A program made the translations under genes and the position numbers. A DNA stretch of 64,000 nucleotides from Lytechinus pictus (taxonomy: Eukaryota). The notes beneath the pieces were generated by a model. It was not told the origin of the DNA, did not search any database, and saw only the letters and a list, made by a program, of their open reading frames with translations. The stretch spans positions 28,150,001-28,214,000 of the forward strand of contig NC_087245.1 of NCBI RefSeq assembly GCF_037042905.1. The letters run 5' to 3'. This document shows positions 26,701 to 38,700 of this stretch, piece after piece; position 1 is the stretch's first letter, and each line of letters opens with the position of its first letter.

Positions 26701-29700
26701 AGTTGATTGTCAATTAAATTCTGTTATTCTTGATAATGTAATCAATAGATATTATGAATGCATATCAGTTTTATCTCGTACATGGACTGGATAGATAATG
26801 CTGTTCTAATGGATATAAATAATAACCAAGGTAAAATGTATTTATTTGTCAACTTTTGTTACGGATAGTTCTGATTCCCTCAATTCTAACGTTCAATTCT
26901 TTTAACAGATCTCCAGCGGCCAGAGATCAGAGCCTGCCCTTCTGACCAATCATTCTTTGTCCTCAACGCCGCAAGTGATGTGAAAGTCTCATGGTCTGAA
27001 CCGCAAGCTACAGATAACTCTGGCACAGTGACTCTTTCACAGACATCCGGAAGGGGATCTGGATCTAGGTTTGGCAGAGGCACTTCTGACATCATTTATC
27101 GGGCAGAAGATCCAACAGGAAACTTTGCAGAATGTTCTTTTGTGATCTCTGTGACTGTCAAACAAGGTTAGTATTTCCTTTTTGTTCTTTTCCTACCACG
27201 TCACTCAGATCGCCTGCCTGTTTTGTAATTTTAAACATGAGTGGAATGAATTTTATTTATGTTTGATTAGAAACATCCTCATCAAGCCCTTTTATTTGTG
27301 GACAGTTGATGATTTGGCTTTATTATGAAGACTATGCTTTCACCATTTGCTTACTGTTTGTTTTTGTTAAAGATACCATAAGTCTTGATGGCTTCCTTAC
27401 TCTTGATATTGTGCGAGGTCTTGATGGAATATTTGGAGGTTCATCACGCCAGGATAATCTGAGAAATGATGTAAGTGCAAACATATTTATTAATTAAGTT
27501 CATTATATTGGTGTGAAGAGCAGTTCAGAACAGGAATTCGAGATGGACCACATTCTTTTTTTCTCAGAAGTATAAATAAATACTTATTTTTTATTCTTCC
27601 ACTCATCTTAGGTGGATGCCGGAGGCAATGTTTTCAGGTTGTCCTTCTCACTGTCATTCCAACTATAAATTAAGCACAATTTGAAGAATCAACTTCAAAC
27701 TTGGTCCATATATGGATATAGGAGTGACAATGTTCTGATTTTATTTAGGGGTCATAAGGTCAAAGATCACAGAGGTTATTATCTATACAGTGAAATAATT
27801 TTTTCTTGCAATTATTGAAAACCCTTTTGAGAGTTCAGTGTCAAACCTTGTTCATGTATTCATATGTGAGAGAGGATGATCTGAATAGATCTGGGGTCAC
27901 AATTTCAAAGTTCAAAGAAGTCATGTGAAAGTTAAATGTAATTCATTTTTGATCCAGCAATGGCAGAGGCATAAGAGTTGACTGCATGCATTCAAGAATC
28001 CATCTACATGTAGTTTAGACCATGAGATTTAGGGGAATGTCAATCCTGAATAATGGGTTGTGTTAGGATAGAAGTATAATGTTTGCAAGTGATGGGGCCT
28101 CCATGATGTAAGTTTGATTAAAAGATTGAAGTAAAACACAACTTTTTACTAAAGGAAAGCCACTGTTTAGAACTTTTGAATAGGGAACTTTCGAATTTCA
28201 TGCTCGTGTTTTGGAGAATGCAAAGAGTAAAAAATCTGTAATAATTGTTGAACACTTTTATCAACCATCTTTCATCTATTATCGTAAATAAAAGCTTGAC
28301 AACCTGTTCAGAGGAACCCAACTTCGAAGTGACTTTGTGGGACTAGAAATCACCAGCGGTACCTTCGATACCAGTAGCAACTACGTGATAGAATACACAA
28401 TCTATCTGTGTGCAACAGCCCATTACAATGAGGAAAGCATCAAGGATATCTTCAATAGCGCCCTCACAGGGGATAATAGGGACATCTTTTCTACTTCCAA
28501 TGTCATTGTGACAGATTCGATGGACTTGAGTAAGTTATTTTACCAATAAGCAGTCTTTTGATTTTGATTTTTATTTATCTGTGGTAGAAATTCAAATTTG
28601 TTGATATTTCTAAATGGCAATCAGTCTTTGTCATAATTTGTATATTTCTGTGTGTGCATTGGTGTTTTACTTAAAGGGGAATCCAACCCAAATGAAAACT
28701 TGTTTTTATAAGGAAAATAAAAATCGGACAAGTTGACAGGTGAAAGTTTGAACAATATTTGACAAACAACAAGAAAGTTATGAATTTTTTAAAGTTGTAA
28801 ATATTGGTAATTACCATACCCATGGAGACTTCAAATTGGCCGCATATGGGATGTCATAGTGATTTAAGGCAAGGACTACTCTTTCATGTACTCCAATACA
28901 TATTATGGCTAAAATGTCTTTTTCATAAGTTTTATTTCAAATAATATTTTTCTTTCATGAGGACATAAAACAATATACTACCTGGGTTATATTTAGATTG
29001 CTGCCCCAGAAATCCCTGATAATAAAGTACATGGCCTATGGGAAAGTTGTCCTTGTCCTTTGTCATAATTTACTTCCCCAGTTGCCAATTTGAAATCTAC
29101 ATAGTATTAGTGATCTCAATTTTAAAACAGCTATAACTTTCTTATTGCTTGTCCAATTTCTTTCAAACTTTCACCATTCTGTTTAATTTATTTTTCTCCT
29201 TCCCAACACAACATTTTATGGCCAAGGCTGGATTCCCCTTTAAAGGGAATGTTCACCCTGAAAAAGTTTATCGTAAAAATAGCAGAAAAATAATGAAACA
29301 TATTGGTGAAGGTTTGAGGAAAATCCATCAAAAATTTAAAAGTTATTACAATTTTATTTCTTGATTTGTGACGTCAAAGGCAAGAAGCTTCCCTTTATCG
29401 TGAATTTAAAAAGATCAATGAAACATCATTTTCTTGCCTGTCTTTATATCTTTCTCTCTTTCTCTCTCTCCTTTCTTGCTCTCTTCTCATTCTTTCCACC
29501 CTCTCCTTTCTGTATTCTTTCTGGTTCTTCTCCCTGGCCCATTGCTATTAATCTATTTTCTTGTTTGTCTCTCTAGATGTGGTAGAGTTCAGGGGGCAGT
29601 TTACACTGAAAAGCATTGAGAATCCTGGGACAGCTCCTGTCAACTACCAATCATGTTGCTCAGATCCATCTAGCAGCACTTACCAATCACTACAGAATAG

Positions 29701-32700
29701 AATCTATGAACATGTAAGTGCCTCGGATGCTGTCCTCAAACTATGCTCGTCCTAAAGCTATGCACCATTCATTGCACATCTATATCAATGTCAAACTTTA
29801 CATTCTCTGTACGGGAACTGCAACTGCAGTCATTCCAACCATTCCTATTTAAGTGTCCATAGAGGCTGCAATGAACACATTTTCAAAAGATTATACCAAT
29901 AAAACACTAATTTCTTTCAGTATTTTAGTGCTATTCTCTCAATTGTCATATTTTCCTACAATAACTGTAAAATGTCTTTGAAAATGATGCACGGAAACAT
30001 AACTTCTTTGCATTGGAGATTAAGTGGTAGCATTAGGACTCCCTTCCAAATCTGTTAATAGCAAAATTAAAAGGTGTTCAGAATGGATGAGGGATTTTTT
30101 TAATAGGAAGTTACAAAGTCTTGTATTTGTTTTTCCTGAATAATGGTCTTATTTTTACCACAAAGTACAGTTAGACAAGCTGTCCAAATATTTAAATTTT
30201 CATATCCTTTGACCATTTTAAAGCTAGGTACATATCTTCAGGTCCCCCATTATTGTCAGCCTCTTTTGTAAGTCCAATGTTAGTAACATTGTAAAGATAA
30301 TTTTTTTTTATTTAATAAATATTATTTGATTATTAAATGGTTTATTGGTGATTATTTTACTGACTGTTTAGCACAATATAAATGCTTCTGTGCTTGTAAA
30401 GAACCATATTAGATTTCATGTTAAACATAAAGATGATAGCTAATGTAATACTCATACTAAAATGACTTCAATTTATCATCCTTGATTATCCTCCATGCAG
30501 CTTCAACGCACCTACGGCACCATGACACCTTTCAGAATGTCCAAGATTCTATTCCTGACCCCAGGAAGTGTTATCGTTGACTACACCTTGACCTATGACC
30601 CCGTCTCTGCCCCTGCTGCATCCAACCTTGAGCAGAGGTTCAATGACACCGTGACCCCCGGGTCACTTGAACTCACAGAAGGGGTCAGTACTGGGCTGTA
30701 CCTCGAGGTCAACGGGGTCAAAGCCGGAAGTGTACAAGGTAAGTCATCTCGTGGATTCATACTCTAGAATACAAATGGTTGGAAGAAAATGTTCATATTG
30801 GTAGAAATTCTTGTCTGGAATTCACAAACATGGGTCTATATTCAATCCATGGTGTACATGCATGTGTATGTTTTCTATGTAGTATGTTTAGTTGAGCAAG
30901 GCGCACTTAGATTTCAGGTAGAAGGGCAGATAATGAATATTGCCTTTGATTGATGGTGCTGAATAATTTATACTTGTTGCACTTGTTTTAAACTGATTAA
31001 ATGAAAATTTAGTCACAATTTAAGTAATACTTGGTCAGTTGTATTTTTGCAATGTACAGTGTATTTCAGCACAGTTTAACTGTGAAATCTATACATATAC
31101 ATGTAATGACATTATTTATATGTGGCTGAAATTGATTTTATTGGAATTTTATAATGCACTCTAGTTTATGACCTATATTTCCAGCATGCCCATAGAACAT
31201 CTGCTCTGACCAGACTTATGCGTTGAAAACACAATGATAACAATTTGATAAATTTCATGATTAAATTAAGCATTTGGTGTTATTCACTGCAGGTCTGTAA
31301 CCCAATCCAGTCTTCTGAGCAATAACTGTCTGGTTTATGATTTTGTTTGGTAATTCGTTCCTTATATTTTGTTTTGTTTGTGGTTTAGCTGTTTGTTCTA
31401 GTGATTACTGTTTGAATGGCGGAACCTGTATGATCACAAACTCATCTTCATATGAAATAAGCTGCAGGTGAGAAAATCGGTGTCAATTTAAGTTATTTGG
31501 GGTACGAATAGGTCTATTATTATTCAACTAAGTTGTTTTTTAAACTTAAGTGGTGTTGCAAGAAAATATTTGAAAATTTATGTTGCAAATTTACAATAGA
31601 TCAGTTTTAACTATATAAGCAAATCAATATTAACTTCTTGTCTCAAAAAGCAGACCAGCAATTGCGTGCAAATTTGCAACTAATTTCAAGACTTATGATT
31701 GCTTTTGAAACCCCACAATTGACTTACAACTGATTGCACATTTCTTGCAGTGCTCCATTACATGTAGTTTCTCTTGAATATGAATCATTCCCTGACAATT
31801 TTTTCAAGGAACAGTTGCTCAGGGTAATACCATAAATTACGTATGTCCAACCTCCTATACATGACAGGGGCCGCACAGGCGGGGGGCTGGGGAGGCTTCA
31901 GCCCCCCCCCCACTTTTTTCCAAAACGGTGTACAAAAACGTAAAAATAACCATAGGATTGTGATTTTTTGCATGGTCAGCCCCCCCCCCCCACTTTGAAA
32001 ACCGTTCCGCGGCCCCTGCATGAGACCTCTTGAAGTGATTTGTCGCTGTTTTTTTGCAAAGCTCTCAAATTATGATAGTTTGAGCAGTTGTTGAAGTTAC
32101 CAAAAATATTGATTTTATGGAATTTGTCCACCATTTAAACATATTTTCTCAGTAAGCAATACTTACAAGTTGACTGTAATTGCCATCCTATTCCAAATCC
32201 TCACATTATTCTGAGCTGGAAACTTTAATAATTCTTAACTCTATAGTAATAATAATGATAATAATAAGCATTTATATAGCGCCATCTATCTATTCGGAGA
32301 CGCGATGTTATTATCATTATTACCCCAGCTTTAGCTCGAGCTGCCTTTCAGCGCTCATGCATTCAAGGAATAAATTTAATCCTGCCGGGTACCCATTCAC
32401 CTCACCTGGGTTGAGTGCAGCACAGTGTGGATAAATTTCTTGCTGAAGGAATCACGCCATTGCTGGGATTCGAACCCGCGACCCTCTGTTTCAAAGTCAG
32501 AAGACTAATCCACTGGGCCAAACGCTCCTAGTATGTCTTCTAAGAATACTGGATTCTGTAATTCCTGTGGAGTTTTTACAGGGACCAAATGGTTCCCATA
32601 GAAAAATAGACAGGAGCAATTGTCATACGAGTAAATGTTGTTTTACTTAAGAATGGAAATTCCTGTAAACAGAATTTGAAAAGGAAGACAAATAAGTATA

Positions 32701-35700
32701 ATGGTTTGGTAAATGAAGTACATGTATGACATAGGGATAAGATATTGTGAAACAGTCATTTTGGGGTAGAAATTTGATTATTGATATATGATCTAGAAAT
32801 TCTATGGATGAAAGGAGTGAATGAGATGAGCTCATATTTATATGGTTATTACATATGATTTGTAATGAGCTAGCCAGGAAATTCATCAAAAATATTGGTT
32901 GTTCCTGAGGGCTTTCTGAATGGCAATTGAATTCTATTCTTCAATTACTTTGAACTCTATTTAGTATATCATTTGTATATGTAATCTTCACATCTGCCAT
33001 ACAAATTTACATATTGATTTTTTTTAATTGAATTTTTTCTTTCTTTTTTTCAGCTGCCCTTACAGATACTATGGAGATCGATGTCAAAACAAAGGTAGGC
33101 AAAATTAGGAGTTACATTTCCCTTGGGTCTATTACTCACTCATATAATCACTGAGTTAGATTTCATTCAATTATCAAATGTATCATAAAGTGAGAACTTT
33201 AGTGACAAATGTCTTCATAGACAGATAGATATACATGTATGTCCTTATGTTCAATTCGATTTACAAAGCATTTCCAGTTTTTGTCTCACCTGCATAGCAG
33301 AGTGAGACTATAGGCGCCGCTTTTCCGACGGCGGCGGCGGCGGCGGCGGCGTCAACACCAAATCTTAACCTGAGGTTAAGTTTTTGAAATGACAGCATAA
33401 CTTAGAAAGTATATGGACCTAGTTCATGAAACTTGGCCATAAGGTTAATCAAGTATTACTGAACATCCTGCCTGAGTTTCATGTCACATGACCAAGGTCA
33501 AAGGTCATTTAGGGTCAATGAACTTAGACCATGTTGGGGGAATCAACATCAAAATCTTAACCTAAGGTTAAGTTTTTGAAATGTCATCATAACTTAGAAA
33601 ATATATGGACCTAGTTCATGAAACTTATACATAAGGTTAATCAAGTATCACTGAACATCCTGCATGAGTTTCACATCACATGACCAAGGTCAAAGGTCAT
33701 TTAGGGTCAATGAACTTTGGCCGAATTGGGGGTATCTGTTGAATTACCATCATAACTTTGAAAGTTTATGGATCTGATTCATGAAACTTGGACATAATAG
33801 TAATCAAGTATTACTGAACATCCTGTGCAAGTTTCAGGTCACATGATCAAGGTCAAAGGTCATTTAGGGTCAATGAACTTTGGCCAAATTGGGGTATTTG
33901 TTGAATTACAGCCATAAATTTGAAAGTGTGTTGGTCTAGTTCATAAAACTTGGACATAATAGTAATCAAGTATCACTGAACATCCTGTGCGAGTTTCAGG
34001 TCACATGATCAAGGTCAAAGGTCATGTAAGGTCAAAGAACTTTGGCCACGTTGGGGGTATTTGTTGAATTGCCATCATATCTCTATAAGTGTATTGGTCT
34101 AGTTCATAAAACGTGGAAATAAGAGTAACCAAGTATCACTGAACATCTTGTGCGAGTTATAGTAGTTTTCAAAATCAGCACTGCTGCTATATTGAATCGC
34201 GTGATGCAGGTGAGACGGCCAGAGGCATTCCACTTGTTCTTGTTTTGATTCACTTTATATTAGGAATATACATGTAAGAAAACACTGAGAAGATGTGACA
34301 AAACAATTTGGTGATGAAGAAAGAAGGACAACAAAAAAGAGGAAGTTGAACAAAATTTTTGCACAAATTTTGAAAAAAAATGACAAGAAATGAAAAGACA
34401 GAAAAGTCACTGTCCCAGACAGGCTTTTTTTTCTTCTTCCGTCGTTCTGCTATTCAGTACCTAATTGCAGATGAGTTCTACTCCTGCTTTTAGAACTTTC
34501 ACAATTAAATTATCTATACACATAGTTAGAGACCCATTTCAAACCATAATTTAGAGACTCTCTACACTTAAACCTGTCTATTAAGGGAAACATAAGAAGT
34601 GGCCACTGTAGCCAGGTTCTATAATACATATTCCTTTCAAATAGGAGACAATTTTGGTGGCCACTTAAGACAGGTTTTTCACTCTAGACCGATTAACACT
34701 GGGGCTGGTTTGATAGTATTTGAATGGAATACATCTGGGTGAATAAGGCTATCAGCGTGGCTATCAGCATTCAGCAACTATAATACAAATCCCAGTTTTT
34801 TTATGGAATCATGATATGTGTTCTTCTTGCAGGTTTGAGCTGGGAGGTGATCGTAGCCATCGCTCTTGGTGCCGTTCTCTTCTTGATCATCATCATTCTG
34901 ATCCTGGCGTGCTGCTGTTATTTCCTCCTCTACGCAAGGGAGAATGAATTGAAGGAAGAAGCCAGGAGGAGTAGAAAGAGAGAGAGGAGGTTGGGAAGAC
35001 TGTACAGGCAATCCCTATCTCAGGTGCCTCTGATCACGAGATCTCCCAAAGTTAAGAAGCCTATCCAAATACCACGTCCAATGGTAAGCTTCACGCATTC
35101 GTCTCTTGAGCTCTCTTTGTCTTACCATAGAATTGAATACATATGTATTCCATTCATTATAAAAAAAACAAGAGAGAAAAAAACTTTAGAATTAAAGTAA
35201 AGACACAGTAACGGAAAATCATGAAAATGCATTATTGATCAAAGTTTGGAAAATAGTTGGAAGTAAGGGCATATGAAGAAGGAGAGGGTAGCTCATTTCC
35301 CCATTTTTTTGTCTCGCCTGCATAGCAGAGTGAGACTAAAGGCGCCGCTTTTCCAACGACGGCGACGGCGGCATCTTCAACATTGAAATCTTAACCTTGG
35401 TCAAGTTTTTGAAATGTCATCATAACTTAAAAAGTATATGGACCTAGTTCATGAAACTTGGACATATGGGTAATAAATTATTACTGAACATCCTGCCTGA
35501 GTTTCAGGTCACATGACTAAGGTCAAAGGTCATTTAGGGTCAATGAACTTAGACCATGTTGGGGGAATCAATATCGAAATCTTAACCAAGGTTAAGTTTT
35601 TGAAATGTTGTCATAACTTCAAAAGTATATGGACCTACATGTAGTTCATAAAAATTAGACAGAAGGGTAATAGTGTATCACTGAATATCCTGCCTGAGTT

Positions 35701-38700
35701 TCACGTCACATGATTAAGGTCAAAGGTCACTTAGGGTCAACAAACTTTGGCCATGTTGGGGTTATTTGAGGAATTGTCATCATAACTTAAAAATTTTATG
35801 GATCTAGTTCATGAAACTTGGACATAAGAGCAATCAAGTAACCTTGAACATCCTGTGCTAGATTCAGGTCACATGACCAAGATCAAAGGTCATTTAGGGT
35901 CAATGAACTTAGACCATGTTGGGGGAATCAATATCGAAATCTTAACCAAGGTTAAGTTTTTGAAATGTCATCATAACTTTAGAAGTTTATGGATCTAGTT
36001 CATGAAACTTGGACATGAGAGCAACCATGTATTCTTGAATATCATGCGCGAGTTTCAGGTCACATGACCAAGGTCAAAGGTCACTTAGGGTCAACAAACT
36101 TTGGCCATGTTGGGGTTATTTGAGGAATTGTCATCATAACTTAAAAATTTTATGGATCTAGTTCATGAAACTTGGACATAAGAGCAATCAAGTAACCTTG
36201 AACATCCTGTGCTAGATTCAGGTCACATGACCAAGATCAAAGGTCATTTAGGGTCAATGAACTTAGACCATGTTGGGGGAATCAATATCGAAATCTTAAC
36301 CAAGGTTAAGTTTTTGAAATGTCATCATAACTTTAGAAGTTTATGGATCTAGTTCATGAAACTTGGACATGAGAGCAACCATGTATTCTTGAATATCATG
36401 CGCGAGTTTCAGGTCACATGACCAAGGTCAAAGGTCACTTTGGGTCAATGAACTTTGGCCATATTGGGGGTATTTGAGGAATTGTCATCATAACTTTGAA
36501 ATTTTATGGATCTAGTTCATGAAACTTGGACATGAGAGCAACCATGTATTCTTGAATATCATGCGCGAGTTTCAGGTCACATGATCAAGGTCAAAGTTCA
36601 TTTAGGGTCAGCAAACTTTGGTAATGTTAGGGGTATTTGTGGAATTGTCATCATAACTTTAAAAGTCTGTGGATTTAGTTCATGAAACTTGGATATAAGA
36701 GCAGCAATGTATCCCTGTGTGTGTTTCAGGAACATGGCCAAGATCAAAGGTCATTTAAAGGTCATTTAAAGGTCAATGAACTCTGGCCGCGTTGGGAGTA
36801 TGTGTTGAATTGGCATTATAACTAAGGAAGTTTATGGTACTTGCTCATGAAACATCAACATAAGGGTAATCAAGTATGAACGATTGTTTTGCACATGTCT
36901 TAGGTCATATGATCATGGTCAAAGGTCATTTTGGGTCAATAATTTTTTATTATCATATTAGTGTTTTCTTGTGTGAATCATTATTCATTAGCTATTTTTC
37001 AAAGGAAGCACTGCTGTATATCGAATTGCGTAATGCAGGCGAGACTGCCAGAGGCGTTCAACTTGTTTTACACTATGTTGCAGATTCACAAATTGTGAAG
37101 TACATGTAGCAATTTCCATACTGTTCTGTTAAAGTTTGTGATTGTTTGATATCTTTATTTTGCTCGTTGCCAAAACATGATTCAATTCATCTTGTTCTGA
37201 TAAATTCCTGATTTTTCCTTGCTGCACAGAATTATAGCAATGGGTCATTCATTCATGATATCGTTGATTACAATGGTGAATTCTTACACATGTATTTGCT
37301 TGTTGAGAAAATACGATTCAATTAATTTTATTCTGGTACTTAAAAATTGTCTTTTTCCGTATTGCCTAGAATGACTATGTATATAGCAATGGCTCATTCA
37401 TTCATGAAATCATCGATGAGCGTCAACCCAATGGTCCTAAGTTCCTCCATGATGACAAGGAGAAAGTATCTCAACCTCGATCTCCTCCCCTCAAGAGGGC
37501 GCATCCAGTGAGTTCAAGTTTCAAATCAATCCGATTTAGATTTTATTACTGGGGCTCGTAACACAAAGCTTAACAATTATAGAACTTTATCATGATTGAT
37601 TGTATTGATAACAATGTACAATTAATCTTAAAAATCAAGTGTATGATCAATCGCTAACCTTTGTGTTACGGGACCCTGGTCAGAGGGTTAGGGGTGACCT
37701 AAGAACAGATGGAAGATGCATCAGGGGCCCATTTCATAAAGAGTTGCTATCATAGCAAGTTGCTATCATAGCAACTCTGGTAGAATAGCAGCTTTTACTT
37801 GCTATGCTAGCAACTTTGCATTTCATAAAAGCACATTCACTGGAAAGTCAGCTTGACTTTCCAGCTATTTATTTGAATAGTCATGTACGAGGCTGATTAG
37901 GGGGAAATCCCCTTTCTCTCCAGTTTTTTGTTTTCAATTCAAGTCATAAGTTTTGGTAGAAAGCACTGGCGGATCCAGGGGGGGGGGGGCACAGCCGGCC
38001 CGTGCCCCCCCCCCCCCCCCCCACCTTTGAGAAGCAAAATTAGAAGAAGAAAAATTGAAAGAGAATATTATTATTTTTTTGCTTATTAATTTTTTCGGGA
38101 GCGAAATTATTATTTAGCAGCTGCAAACAGGGTCTGCATCATAAGACTAGCAGTTGAAGCAGAGTGATGGCTCTATGGCGATAGTTTGCAATTCTAGAAG
38201 AGAGTAAGAAGAAAATATCTATTTGTCACAGGTTGGCAAAGCATTGTTTCTCCATTCTGTAAGTTTTCAGAGAATTGATTTCATTTAGCCCTATGCCAGG
38301 GAAAAAATTATTTTAAAAAGGGGGAAAATTTATTATTATTGCCGGTCGAAATTTCACCTTCAACAAATGTTCTACCGTACAAGTTTAATCCCAGTCCCAC
38401 ACTTGACTATTTGTGTCGGTAATGCAAGGTTGTATCAACAACACGGCAGGCGGCGGCCCAATGCTGGTGCAGTGCTGTATGATCACCCTGAAGCAAGTAA
38501 ATTTGTAGGCTCTAATTATGCATGAAACATCGAAAATGACCTTAAAAGATTATTTTTGTTCAAAATGGAAATGATTTTTAAGTTATCGGTTTCAACGCCA
38601 ACGGTGAATAACCATTCAGTAAATGGATTCAACAATGCCATGGCCACAACTTTTTTTTTTTGAGAAAGTCAGAAACAGAAAAAAAAAGCAATCATTTTTT

